A DNA stretch of 64,000 bases from Camelus dromedarius (Eukaryota): positions 18,354,001 to 18,418,000 of the forward strand of contig NC_087436.1 of NCBI RefSeq assembly GCF_036321535.1. The letters run 5' to 3'. Below are positions 25,823-38,871 of this stretch, in pieces. The position numbers were made by a program, and so were the translations under genes. The notes under the pieces are model-generated. The model saw nothing but the letters and a program-made list of their open reading frames with translations, made no database searches and had not been told where the DNA came from. Numbering within the stretch: position 1 is the stretch's first letter; each line of letters starts with the position of its first letter.

Positions 25823-26292
25823 AATACTACTCAGCCATAAAAAAAGAATAAAATAATGCCATTTGCAGCAACATGGATGGACCTAGAGATAATCATTCTA
25901 AGTGAAGGAAGCCAGAAGAGAAAGAAAAATACCATATGATATCATTCATATGTGGAATCTAAAAAAGAAAAAAGGACACTATGAACTCATCTACAAAACA
26001 GAAACAGACTCTCAGACGTAGTAAACAATCTTATGGTTAATGGAGGAAAGGAGGTGGGAAGGAATAAATTTGGGAGTTTGAGATTTACAAATGTTAGCCA
26101 CTATATATAAAAATAGTTTTTAAAAAAAGTTTCTGCTGTATAGCACAGGGAACTATATTCAATATCGTATAATAACCTTTAATAAAAAAATATGAAAATG
26201 AATATGTGTATGTATATGCATGACTGGGACATCGTGCGGCACACCAGAAACTGACACGTTGTAACTGATGGCACATCAATTAAGAAAAACGG
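25823..26292 (+). mobile_element. 5'-truncated lineage-specific L1 (3' end)
   Basis: aatactactcagccataaaaaaag...gcagcaacatggatggacctagaga. Near-perfect TSD aagaaa(a/c)catgagaga at 25807-25822 and 26293-26308. Confidence 0.92.
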
Positions 26293-27280
26293 AAGAAACC
26301 ATGAGAGAGAAGGAGGGAGAGAGAGAGAGAGAAAGGATAACTGTTCAGAAAAGAACACTCACACCTTTGCCCAAAGACAAAGACAGCTCTCCAGCCCTTC
26401 TGTGAGGCCTGGGCTCCTGCATGGCCAGGAAGGGAAGGGAAGGGAGTGGGCGGGGTGGAAGGGCCCTTGGTAACTCCTTCTCCGTTATGCAGCCAGCAGC
26501 TTAGCAACTCATCCTGGACCTAATTCCTCATTGTATCCTCAGCTGTTAGAACACTCCCAGCACCTAACAGATATTCAAGAAACTTTGCTTTATGAATGAA
26601 GATGGGTTCTCTCACAGGTTTAGAGAATATAAAGCATCAAGTTTCTGGGTTAAAGGCAGCATTTCCTGCTTCTGGTATAAGGGGAACCATGAAGGCCCGT
26701 GCTGAGTCCCCTGTACCTCTCTTCAGAGCCGTCTGTGTTAGACCAGGTCCTCTAAAAGCAGACACCAAGACAGGAGGAGAAATACAAGAAATTCATTAGG
26801 GGAAACATCAACGAGAGAAAAGGGGGAGGGAGCCAAGGGAGGCTGGAATTGCTGCCTGAGGGCAGTGCAGGTCCGGCCCCAGGGGGAGGACACAGGGAAG
26901 GAGGCAGGACAGACGGAAGTGCTAGACTGCAGGGCGGGTCCAGAGAACATACGGCAAGACCAGCAGGGACTCCTTGACACAAGGCTGCCTGCCAGAAGAC
27001 TCCAGGGTCCCCAGGAATGAGCTCTTTAGTCAACACCTCCACCCCACCCCCGCTGTGCTCACTCACTGACCAGAGGCAGACATGGGAAGCCCAGCTTTCC
27101 TACAACACAGTGATGGAACCTCATAGCAGTGGGGCCCAATGGGCGACTCTGCTCCCTGCAGTGGGAGATCTGAGGGGGCCTCACGGCTGCCACTGCTTCA
27201 AAGTCCATATTCTTTCCACAATACTGCCATGGCCCCCGCTCTTACCCTGGACTTCCAACAACTCCCAACACCACTGTAGG

Positions 27281-27780
27281 ACTGTATTTCACTCAATCTA
27301 ACATGCCACCAATAGTAAGACACTCTGTTTTTTCTCTGCTATTAAAACATGGTGCTAATGGTGTCTTCAATATCTTAACACTAAGAACTTTCATATTTAT
27401 TGAAAAGCTCTCTGGCAGTTAGACGGATTTTTGCCATATATCCCTCCTGTGCATACATTTTTTAAAAAGATGATAAGCAAAAGATATTTAAGATATTTCT
27501 AAAGCTTCTTCAGCATCTAACTCTACTGAATCACATTCATCTCAGTCACCAATATCGGATTTTCCCCACACATATCTTTCCTCTGCCATCCAGGATCCTG
27601 GAGCCACGTCATTTCTTTAAGGGGTTCTCCACTGTGGTCTCCAGGAGTTTCTTCCACGATGGTGGCATCCACTCTTTAGGTCCTATTACTGACACTTCCT
27701 CGACCCACCCAGCAGGTCTCAATGGCAAGTTTTCAAACCACCACCAGAATTCCTATTTCCTCCTTAAGTGCTACAGGAGT
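27281..27780. mobile_element. Tc2/Kanga-like DNA transposon remnant
   Basis: Starts ctgtatttcactcaatctaacatgccaccaatagtaagacac, resembling the Kanga/MER104 TIR. The right boundary is uncertain. Confidence 0.5.
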
Positions 27781-29307
27781 GGTTAGTCCACTGAAATGCT
27801 GAGGGGCCACAGTCGTCCAAATAACCCAGGAAAAACAACCAAATTCACATTTCTTCACGTCTGCAGTCTGGGGGACGTGAGCTGTAAGGACACCTATCCT
27901 TTCCACCCAGATTCAGAGGTGGCAGGAAGGGCATTACATCTTACAAGGAGCCAAGGGCAAGGAATGTCCTTGGGATACCAGGAGACAGGAGAAAGATTCT
28001 CTTTTCATCTCTATCACCAACTTGTGAGATGTGATGTAGATCAAATCCCTCCGCTTCACTGAGTTTGTTTCCTTTTTTTTAGCTGAAGCAGTTAAATATA
28101 AGTTTCCTTAAGTTCCCCCTCCGCTCTTTGTTTTAGGAGCCCAGGCCATACCTTTGAGTACTTCATGACAGGATCTAAATGAAAATATCTTCCTCGCGAA
28201 ACTCTGATTCAGCTGAACTAATTCCCACTAATAGAACCAGTCCTCTGGATTAGACAATTGAATGGGTGGGCTGGGTACATTCTGATGCCCCTCTGGCTGT
28301 GTGTGTGTGTGTGTGCGCGCTGGAGGGTGGAGAGTCAACAGTCCAAGTCTACTCTGAATTCTGTCATGTTAACATATTAACTGGTTTATCCCAAGAGCTA
28401 ATTGATTCCTCAGAAGCAGAGAACAAACCCAAGGAGATGAAATATAGGAAATGTAAGTTTCAAGAGGGAAGGAGCATCTGATGATGACAAGGCTGCAAGG
28501 CCACAGATGACAGTGAGTCACCAATGGCGAGGACACTGAGTCATGAGGGAAGGCTTCACATGAAAAGGTCAGGAAGGAGCCCAGGCCTCCTGTTAGAGGC
28601 AGTCCTGACTGTAACCTCTATAGGATTCTAGGTCAGAAAAAATCCAACTCCCACAAGGTGCATTCCTGAAAAACAGGTTTCACAATGACATTGGCAACTG
28701 ACTGAATTATACTGGGTTTACAAGCGAAGGTGGTGGTGGAGGGGGCAGGATTTATTTGAACAACAACAAAAAAAAAACAATGTTGTCAAATGGTAAAGGT
28801 CAGTTCCAAGGAGAAAAAACCCTTCATAAATTTAGATCATTGACAACTTTGAAACTAAACTGAGAAATGTCTTCTTAGGTTTAAAATGAATTTTCCCCAT
28901 TGGAATGCACACGCCAACCTTAGTCTGCATAAAAAAATGTGTCACTGTATCTGTAAAAGAACTGATTAAAACAGGCTTGATATACCATATAAAATAAAAT
29001 TAGATGACAATAAAGGCACAGTCTTTCCAATGGCATGTAATGAGTTCACATTATAGGAACTCAAAAGCAATGCGAAACACAAATTGAGTAACACTAAAAT
29101 TCCTAACAGCAGAAACTTGTCCCATTGAAACAAACAAACTAAATCTAGTCCAAAATCCTTTGGAAACGACAGGTAAAAGCGCAGGGTCTTAGAGACTACT
29201 GTAATCTCCTGGGAGACATAAAGTCATCAACAAGCAATTGACAGTGTTTCTACCTTTCAGACATTCAGCTGCAAGACTGCAAATGCCAGGGCAGCTGGCG
29301 CCTGAGG

Positions 29308-29577
29308 CCAGGGGTTCTGATCTCGGCATGTTTCACAATAACCTGGAAGGCTTATTAGACCACAGCCTGGGGGCTCACCTTCTGAAATGGTCTACGGAAT
29401 GTTTATCTTTCTAAATAAACTCACTTTCCCTTTAAAAAAAAAAAAGAACACAGCCCGATGGGCCCCACTCCTGATTCAGGAGGTCTGGGGTAAGGTCCAA
29501 GAATTTGCATTCCTAACAAGTTCCCAGGTGATACTGCCACTGAGGGTCCAGGGACCAGGCCTTGAGAGCTACTGCCC
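29308..29577. mobile_element. MER5A hAT MITE interrupted by a small polyadenylated insertion
   Basis: ctgattcaggaggtctggggtaaggtccaagaatttgcattcctaacaagttcccaggtgat...gagagctactg. Confidence 0.8.
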
Positions 29578-29654
29578 TAGGGTGTACCAGTGAGAGAATG
29601 TCATGAAAGTTCCTCCCAAGAGGTAAAAGGTATTTTATTTTAACCACCAAGTAT

Positions 29655-29823
29655 TTTTTTTAAATTGACGTATAGTTGATTTACAATGTTGTGTCAGTTT
29701 CTGGTGTATAGCACAGTCACTCAGTTATACATATATATTCTTTTTCATATTCTTTATCATTATAGGTTATTACAAGATACTGAATATAGTTCCCTGTGCT
29801 GTACAGTAGGACCTTGTTGTTTA
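29655..29823 (-). mobile_element. L1 extreme 3' end
   Basis: ttttttaaattgacgtatagttgatttacaatgttgtg...atagttccctgtgctgtacagtaggaccttgttg. Confidence 0.88.
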
Positions 29824-32369
29824 ATACCATGAAGCACTTTTGAAATTAAAAGAAAAAGTAATAAAATGCCTGAAGCGGAAAATCAGAGTCAAAAGCCCCA
29901 AAAGATACAGAAATCGCTTAACCAAAAGCTTTGGTGAGATCCTTGCAACCATGAAAAGAATGAGGAAGGAGTGAAACAAACGAGGGTTGAGGAAACACTC
30001 ATCGCGTCTTGCCTGGAACCATCTAAGCTAATAACAGAAGCCTTTGATCCTCAGAAGCCTAGCACCCTCTTTATTGGAACAGAAGCTCTGGGCCAAACAC
30101 CCAGCAAGAGTTCCCTGGCCCAGTGTTTTCACAAGAGTGAAATCTGTAGTGGGAAAAAATTGTTTGGGTAGGGGTTGGGGCATGGAAAAAGGTCTCAAAA
30201 GCCTCAAGACTGTGTACACACAGGATCTTCTTGTTCAAGTGGGGAAAGGAATGCAACTGGGGGACAGGACACCCCCTCAGGTCTGCGGGCCAGCCCAGCA
30301 GCCCCACCAGCCCACTCGGAACCAGAGGGAGGAGACTGTGCACCATCTGGCAGGCTCCGCCTTCTCTCTCTGGGCATCCCCTCTTCCCCAAGCCTTCCCC
30401 CACCTCTGGGCCTCAGGCAACTGCCCTGATTTGCCAGAACCCTCAGAAACTGAGAGTAACATTGAAGCCCTGAACAAAAACAGAAAGACAGGACGCGACA
30501 CATGTAAGAGAAGCAAAGACACTACAAAGGGCTTTCAAAAGAACATCATCAACACAACAGCACTATTTTAAAAGTCCTTAAATTCCTGGACAGCTGCCCA
30601 ACTTGGATCAGTACAGCATGTCCCGCCACGCCAGAGGGAACATCTCCGGAATCCTGGCAGGGACACGCCGCACAGGACTTTCCTCAGGGGACATGCAGGG
30701 AAGCAAGCCCAGCCGCCCCAGCCACGAACCGTCCCCGGCTCCACACTCTCACAGTCAAGGCTGGCAATACTCTCAGTAAGAATCACTCACCTGAAAACAC
30801 TGTCCTGAAGAAGGCCACATTGGTCTTTTCAAGGACACAGCACATCCATCCATAAAAGCTGGACTCCCGTGCATGGAGAGAAATGCCCTGATGTCCTAGA
30901 CTGGCCTTCTTTGCACTCCCCCTCCAACAATCCATCATAACAGCGACAGAGCTGGACACAGGTAGGGGGGATATGCAAACACAGCCGTCCCTTTCTTCCA
31001 AATTCATTCCGGTTTTTTCCCTTAAGGAAGAAACGCTTCACTGCCCTCTTTCTTTACCTGGCCAACTCAGATGTGTCATCTCAGGCCAGAAATGACATCT
31101 CCAAAATGCCTCCCCTGACCCCCCAGTAACTGTTACCGCAAAGCATGCTTGTGGCAGTCTCCCCAGTGGACCCCTCGAGGGTAGGAACTATGCCTTTGTC
31201 CTGACAGCACTGGGCACTAACAAGCGTGTTTGCTGAACTCCACCTGTCTATCCAGCCTACTAAAGCACAGAGATGAGGCGTGCGAACACATACACGGGTG
31301 GCTCAGAACCTACAAAGAACAACATCTTCCTGATCACTGGGCTTCCAGACTAATGTCTTTATCCTCTAAAGCCCAAAGTCCTCTATCTTAACATTTATTT
31401 CAGAAATGGAAAGCTTTTTAAAAGCTCTTTGGCCCTAGCCTTTGCCTTCTAAAACACAGATTATATAAATTTGCTTCAACATTGTAATGACTCAGTCTTA
31501 CTTGTGAATATTATCATGCTGCACCGTCATTCAATTTAGGACCTCAGGAAATACTAATCACTTGTAAAGATTCAGTGAACACTAAGATTTTGTTAAACTC
31601 TATGAACCAATTTTAGAATATTTTCACCTCTATTTTACAGCTGTCATCTCTCATTCCTTCATTAACATGCGGCTTTTAACCGGCTGCTGTTTCGTAACAC
31701 TTTTAAGTAAAACAAGAGTTTTAAAAAGCTCTCAGGATGTGCTGGCATCCGTTTTAGCTCCTTAAACACCTTCCTTATCTCCTTGTCACTCGGGTGTTGG
31801 GGGGTAAGAGCTGGTTAAACTAGACAAAGGCTCCCCTCTGCGTCTCTGCCCCACAAACTCCAATCCAAGTACCAGATCTTCCATGAAGTCTCCCCACAAG
31901 CACAGAATTAGCTGCTCCCCACTCTAGGCAAGCACGCCCTACACTTTCGTTTGGCACTTAGTGTAATATATTTTAATTCACTTTTTACCAGCTACTCTCC
32001 AGGACCACACTGGACACTTCTTGAGGGAGGTATTTTTTCTCATTCAAACATTTGAGTGGTGTCTAGGAAAACACCAAAGATTTTTTTCTACTAAGTGTGC
32101 AGAGGTATTTAAGGAAGCCAAAAGAGCCATAATGATGCCACACCATTGACGCAGTTAAAATAAAAACAAAGTGATCGCTGACTATCAAGATTAGACAGAA
32201 AACCCAGATAACGTCAATAGGGGTTAAATGTCAATTTTTTCCACTTTTGTTATTAATTATATTATTATCACGCACTGATAACTCAGGAAGTACTACTATT
32301 TTAAAGGTCTTTTAAAGCTAATGGAAGAGTATCTGGAATTCCTACCCAGGGGGAAAAGGGAAGAAAAAC

Positions 32370-32772
32370 GTATAAACTAAAAGAGACTTAGAAACTTATC
32401 ACTCAAATGCAACGTGTCTGGATCCAGATTCAAGCAAATCAACTGTTACTGGAGGGGTGGAGGTGAAGAGGAGACAAAAATGTAAATGAATATCAGAAAA
32501 AAAATGAATATGGTCTAATTCTTCGTAAAGAAAGAAGAGTTATCTTTTCGAGCTATACACTAAGGTATTTATGGATAAAATGATATGATACTGGGTTTTC
32601 TGTCAAAATAATGGGGATGGGGTAGTGACGAGTACCAGAGAAACGAGGCTGGCTGTGTGGGATGGTTACTGAAGCTGAATACGAAGTATGTGTAGTTTAA
32701 TTATATTTTTCTCTCTACTTTTTGCACATGCCCGAAATTTTCCAAAATAAAAAGTTAAAATAATAATTTAAA
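32370..32772 (+). mobile_element. Old L1 (L1MC-like) 3' UTR
   Basis: aaagagacttagaaacttatcactcaaatgcaacgtg...gaaattttccaaaataaaaagttaaaa. Confidence 0.7.
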
Positions 32773-33127
32773 AAAGCATTAGGTGTCCTGTTAATTCTGC
32801 AGTTGGTGGCAGCTGCCCCCCACTGCTTTCCGGCTTTGGATAGTTTCCCTCTATCCAGCAGGAGTTGTCGTTCTCACAAACGGGCTGTAACACGCAGTCC
32901 CATTCCCTTCTGAGGTGCACTGTCTTATACAGACAACATTCTGTCCCCATCCCTGTCTTCCTCGTCCCACCTGAGACAGAGCCCCCGCCAACCCCCATCG
33001 CAGCAGAAGATTAAATCAGCAAGTCAGCTAACAAGAGCTCTGAGAACTACGCTTTCTCTAGCAGACAGCCTGGAGCTCAACGTTCCAGTTTTCTGATCTA
33101 GCCAATTCATCTCATAAAACAGAAATA

Positions 33128-33951
33128 CAGTCATCCTTCAGTATTTAGTGGGGACAGGTTTCAGGACCCTCATGGATACCAAAATCCTAGGATACTCAAG
33201 TCCCTTGTATCAAGTTTTGCACATAACCTACCCACATCCTCCTCTATACTTCAGATCATCTCCAGATCACTTACAACACATAATACAGGCATACATCAGA
33301 GACAGTGCAGGTTCCATTCCAGACCTCTGCAACAGAGCAAATGTCACAATACAGCAAATCACACGTCTTTTGTGGTTTCCCAGTGCATATGAAAGCTGTG
33401 TGTACACTATACTGTAGTTCATTAAGTGTGCAACAGCATTATGTCTTTAAAAAACAATGCACCTACCTTATTTTTAAAATACACCTTATTGCTAAAAAAA
33501 AATGCCAACCATCATCTGAGCCTTCAGTGAGTCATGATCTCTTTGCAATATGAACATCAAAGATCACTGATCACAGTTCACCATAACAAATATAATCATG
33601 AAAAAGTCTGAACTATCACAAGACTTACCAAAATGTGACACAGAGACAAAAAGTGAGCAAGTGCTGTTGGAAGAATGGTACCTAAAGATTTGTTTGCCAA
33701 AGGTTGAGACAAACCTTCAATATGTAAAATTCACATTATCTACAAAGCACAATAAAGCGAGGTGCAACAGAACCAGGGCATGCCAGTATAATGAAACTAC
33801 TGTGTGAATAGTTGTAAATGCAATGTAAATCCCATGTAAATCATCGTCTGCATGTGGCAAATTCCAGTTTTGCTTTCTGGAACCTTCTGGAGTTTTTTCC
33901 AAATATTTTTGGGCCATGGATACAGAATCCACCAACACATAGGGTCAGCTA
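33128..33951. mobile_element. MER2B-like Tigger MITE hosting a nested Tigger1
   Basis: Left arm ta|cagtcatccttcagtat...ggataccaaaatcc...ctcaagtccctt. Right arm gtggcaaattccagttttgctttctggaac...gggtcagct. Confidence 0.8.
33286..33786 (-). mobile_element. Internally deleted Tigger1 (Tigger1a-like) nested in MER2B
   Basis: TIRs caggcatac...gcatgccag with TA on both sides (33284-33285 and 33787-33788). Confidence 0.85.
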
Positions 33952-34796
33952 CAGGATATCAAGACAGAGTATTTCAGTATTTCTGTGGAACTAAAATCTA
34001 ACATCACTCTGCCTGGAACTCTCTTCCCCCAGATACCAGGATGCCTCATAGTTCTCGACTAAAAAGACCTTCCTTCCCGCACCATTCTCCTTGTAACAGC
34101 ACCACACCCCACGCCCTCACTCCTTGCCTTTCTCAATTTCATTTTGTAGCCCTTATTACTGCTTGACAATGTACCATTCATTTGTTAATCACCTTCCTTT
34201 TCTAAAATATAACCTCCATGAGAGCAGGGACTTTGTTTACCTCTGTGGGCTCAGATTCTAAACAGTAACTGAAACATAAAAGGAGACACAATACATATTT
34301 GCTAAACGCTCAGGATCCCAGGAAAATACAACTAAATAGCAAAGAGGGTTGAGAACAAAGTTGACACTATTGACATAAACTAACAACATGCACTTTCATC
34401 ACCACCAACACACCCATCCACACCCACTTCATGCCATAGAGGGGTGACTTCACGGCACTATTTTTATCACTATCACATTTAGACTTTGCTAAACAGCTGA
34501 GAAATCAGTGACTTCAGGAGCACAGGAATAGTGGTTGAATATGTCAGTTTGTGTCCAAAGAACCTCACGGGAGCACAGGACCTTCACATACCCTCTATAT
34601 TACTGACAAGATACACAAATTGTCTCAGAATTTAGGGTACAGTGTGAATCACATCAGAACTTTCAAAGGCTATAGGTCTCCGTCTTTTTAAATCAAAACC
34701 AGTGCTTTCCTCCTGCTTTTCCTACTCCAGTTCTACCAACTAGAAACCCCCACCAGCCACCACCCAGGTGACAGTGACATCTAGGAAGCAGGCCAC

Positions 34797-35030
34797 AGTG
34801 GCGGGTGGTTCAGAGTGTCTGATTCTGGCACGTCCCAGCACCACCTCTCAGCCACCATGTGATCGTAGGCAAGGTGCTGCAACTCAGTTTCCTCATTTGT
34901 AAATTGCAGGGCAGTAACGCAGTCTATTTCATAGGGCTGATGTGAGAATTAAGTGACAATGTGAGGTAAACAGCTTAGCACTAGGCACAGAGTAAGTTAA
35001 ACTATCTTAGCTGTCACGTTCAATATTATT
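34797..35030 (+). mobile_element. MIR SINE
   Basis: Core ctcagtttcctcatttgtaaatt...catagggctgatgtgagaattaagtga. Confidence 0.8.
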
Positions 35031-35253
35031 ACCACCACATCTGAATCCCTCAGACACTTACCCTTTTACATAACTGTAGTTAGTACTCATTCTCAGGAAC
35101 ATCAAAAAAAAGTTGGATAATTTTTTTTAAAGCCTGAAAAAACTGGTGAGAATAGATAGTGTATCATAATCCAGTGGCAATTCTGCTGTAAATCTTTGTT
35201 GAATGAATGAATATGTCATTAGGAGGGAAACACAAGCTTTTAAGAAAGGTGGA

Positions 35254-35872
35254 TAATTCCTGGGCATATATCCAGAGGGGACTCTAATTTGAAAAGACAC
35301 ATGCACCTCAGAGTTCACAGCAGCACTATTTACAACAGCCAAGACACGGAAGCTACCTAAACGCTTACTGACAGATGAATAGATAAAGTTGTGGTATATT
35401 TATACAATGGAATACTACTCAGCTATAAAAAAGATTAAATAATGCCATTTGCAGCAACATGGACAGACCTGGAGATCATCATTCTAAGTGAATTAAGCCA
35501 GAAAGAGAAAGAAAAATACCATATGATATCACTCATATGTGGAATCTTGAAAAAAAAAAAAAAGACACAAATAAACTTATTTCCAAACAGAAACAGACTC
35601 ACATAGAAAACAAACTTATGGCAGATACTAATTACTATATACAAAATAGATAAAGTTTCTACTGTATGGCACAGGGAACTATGTTCAATATCTTGTAATA
35701 ATGAAAAAGAAGATGAAAAGGAATATATGCACGTCCATGTATGACAAACATTAGGCTGTACACCAGAATCTGATGAAAGAAAAGACAAGACAGAAAAAGA
35801 AAGGAAAAGAAAGGAAAAGAAAACAGAAGGAGTGAAAAGAAAGAGAAAAGAAAAGAAAGGAAAAGAGAAAGT
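35254..35872 (+). mobile_element. Lineage-specific L1 3' end with internal deletions and a (GAAA)n-expanded tail
   Basis: cctgggcatatatccagag...gcagcaacatggacagacctggagatc, with a purine repeat at about 35772-35872. Confidence 0.9.
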
Positions 35873-36494
35873 AAATCTTATTGAAAACCCCTCAGAATTC
35901 ATTGCTGGACGTAAGTTACGTAAGATAATGCACCCAGCATAGCATCGGGCATGAGGAGGGCACCCCATGGAGGGCTGCTATGATTATTACTGCTGTGATC
36001 ACGAATCTCAAGGCAAAGTAGGATCTGAAAGACATCCAGGTTCAAGTTCTCTCCCTCTCCACACAGCCTAGAAATCCCCAAAAGTATGAGGCGGAGCTCC
36101 AACACCACCTTGCCGTCCTCTGTCTCTACATATGCTTTTCTGCTTTGGTCCTCCTGACCCATTAAGGTTATGCATGAGACTGTATTTCAATACAAGTGCT
36201 CCAGGGCTAACAAAAACCTAAAAAGCACTGACAGAGTTCAACACACTATTTTACAGATGAAGACACAGTGCCTTGGTCTAGAGGTCCAACAACTTGTCCA
36301 AGATCTCACCCCAGGTGGCACCACAGTGGAACTAGAAATCCAGGCTCCCAGAACCTCATCCAGGGCTCCTTCCATGACCAGGCACTGCCTCATCCATGGG
36401 TAAATGCACCAAAACTTCCACCAGAACCAGTTTCTAAAGCCAGACATTCCCCCACTTAAAAGACGGATTTGTTCATTTACATCCCACAACTCAC

Positions 36495-36556
36495 CATAAT
36501 TTCTCTCTGCTCTTCCAGATTCTTCAAAAAATTAGAAAATTCGCGTAAGGAAGCAT
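36495..36556 (-). CDS. ARHGAP10: ARHGAP10 coding exon 3, 62 nt, phase 1-0
   Basis: Minus strand reads cctttctcctcacag|ATGCTTCC...GAAATTATG|gtgagt. It translates (D)ASLREFSNFLKNLEEQREIM, in frame with exon 2 across a 75-nt intron. Confidence 0.97.
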
Positions 36557-36631
36557 CTGTGAGGAGAAAGGAGTGATTATTTCATGGCCAGAGCAAAGGA
36601 CAGAGCAAACCAAAACTTCGTCTTCACCCAC

Positions 36632-36727
36632 CTATGCAGCGTTCATCGTCAGTCTCCGCGTCACCGATAAATTCAAATTTAAAGTCTCGGAGTGAATGAG
36701 CAAACTTCCGCTGGGCTGCCGAAAGAC
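36632..36727 (-). CDS. ARHGAP10: ARHGAP10 coding exon 2 (BAR domain), 96 nt, phase 1-1
   Basis: Minus strand reads ctttctttctag|GTCTTTCGGCAGCC...CGCTGCATAG|gtgggt. It translates (S)LSAAQRKFAHSLRDFKFEFIGDAETDDERCI(D), matching the N-terminal BAR region of GRAF2/ARHGAP10. Confidence 0.97.
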   Translation of the reverse strand, partial: VFRQPSGSLLIHSETLNLNLSVTRRLTMNAA

Positions 36728-38325
36728 CTAGAAAGAAAGAGCGATTACTTGAGTCTTTGTTTCAAAGTCAAGGCTTAGAAGGAATTTCTTCCTCCTGAGG
36801 TGGCAGACCTCTCCTAAACGCAATCTGGAAGGAGAAACGACCCAACTCCTTGGCCGAGGGGCCCATCGACCGGCCCACCCAGGCAGTCTCCGGTGGCCTG
36901 TCTTCTACTCTACGCTCTGGGACAGAGCAGGTGCTGGAGAAATAATTCTTCCCCCCACCGCCCTCCTCTTCCTCGGGGAACTGACTGCTGTGCCTTGTTC
37001 CCTGAGGCACTCTCCTGTCTCTCCCCACTCAAGTCAGAAGCTGCCCGATTCTGAAGTTCAGGCTATGATTAGGAACACACTCCCTGACAGTACCTCCCAG
37101 GGCTTGATGAGATCTAGTCGGCTGCCAACTCAGCCACCCAGATGCCCATAACTGATGGTCCGACTCCAGCCAGAGAAACCTAGAAGCTTCAAAGAGTTTT
37201 CATAGCAGCAGGGAGGTAAACCAAAGGTGTAGGTTAAATGCTAGAAAGAATTCATTCTGCAAAAGACCTATAGGTCTTCAATTTTTTTTTTTTTTTTAAC
37301 TAGAAAACAATGGAAAACCCTCCTTCTAAAACATGCTAACAGTTATTTCACGGGCCATGCACTAGGCTAGATGACAGGTAGCCCCACTCAACACTCTTGA
37401 GAGAGATAAGTAAAACAAAGATTATCTCCCTTTGATCAGGGAGTGCCAAAGCTCTGAGATGTTAAATAATCTGCATCAAGTCGCACAGCTACTTAAACAA
37501 CACAGGCCTGCTCTATTCCAGAGCCATTTGTCCAAAGCCCAAGCCGTGACCAGGGCACAATCCTGCCTCTGGTCTAAAGCACTTTCTAAGAAGCTGCTCA
37601 CTGATCCCCTGCACCCTTGACGGCTCCTGTCCCAGTACAGAGAACACCGACCAACTATGTTAAAACAAAATTGCATATCAAGCAAATTGGAAAGTTGGAA
37701 GAAGAAAAATACACAATCCCTAACTGCTGATGAGTACTCATGCAAAAAAATAAATATGGACAAGAAAGTGAAGCCCGCGATGTAAAAACTGACAGCTGCT
37801 TTTAATAAGATGGTGAAACAGTCGGATCAACAATCTTCTCCTTTTTTTAGTCATTGTGATATAGCTAACAAGGAATGAAAGCCAAAAAATCTTATTTTTA
37901 CATTGGAAAATGCTGCTACTTTTTTTTTTTTTTTAACCAATTCATTACCTCCATTCATTAAGTACAATGGTTCCCTGACGCCCTCCTGGACAAAATGCCT
38001 TCTTTCTCTCACTTCTTAAACTTCTAACAGTGCTCACCAGCTCTGTTGTCATGGTCTGGTTTAACAACAACAAAAAATTTTGTCCTAACAGACTATACTT
38101 TGGAGTAGCTTAAGGCTCAAGGCCAAAGTGGGCAGGAGGTCAGAGAGTTCCCCTAGAGCCCCGCCGCAGCGCCTGCCACGCCTCCCCCATCATCGACGTC
38201 CTCCCGTCCTGGTTGCTGAGACTTCACTCTTACAGAGCTGAACCAAAAAACCTTTTAGAGGAGGACACAGGACTGTGATTTCTTACCCCCGGAGGATGGA
38301 AGAAAAGCAAAGCCCTAATGTCAAA

Positions 38326-38781
38326 TGTGATGGACCGTAAGCATGGGCCCCAAGCTCCACCCCTCCTTGGAGGAACGTCTGTCTTCAGTGTGACTCTGCA
38401 GCTCCTCAGACACCAGGCGGAGTCTACTTTCCCGCCCTGTGAATCCCTTGGGTCCAGGCTGCTCTTGTGGCCAAAACAACGTAGTCAAAGTGCCACTGTG
38501 CTGATTCAGAGCCTCCAGCTCACGAACCTTGAACCTTCGCACACCCCTGCTCCACTCTCTCGGAATGCTTGGCCTCCGTGTGACCAAGTCCAGACTAGCC
38601 TGCTGGCTGACAAAAGACTTGTGGCCCAGGCCCCCCACTCCCTGCCCCATCAGTCAGACAGCCCACCCACAGAGGCATCCAGAGGGGTCCAGCGAGCCAA
38701 GTCCACACAGAAGTAAAGGGCTGCCGTTTAGGTCACTAGGTTTAGGGGTCATTTGCTCAAAGTAACAAGTAAACTAATACA
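38326..38781 (+). mobile_element. MLT1 (MaLR) LTR, MLT1F-like
   Basis: Starts tgtgatggacc and ends ctaggtttaggggtcatttgctcaaagtaacaagtaaactaataca. Confidence 0.7.
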
Positions 38782-38871
38782 GAAAGATGAATAAAATTTG
38801 ACTGTATTAAAATTTTAAAGACATAAAAATTGAAGATAAGCACACACCCTAAAGATATAACTAACGGCTAT

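Noticed and set aside
30044..30571. Cluster of overlapping ORFs on both strands
   Set aside because: A GC-rich patch with few stop codons. I recognise no homology, and it has no splice context matching ARHGAP10.
35435..35968. 177-aa minus-strand ORF rich in Phe/Ser/Leu
   Set aside because: It is the antisense translation of an L1 3' UTR and a (GAAA)n repeat.
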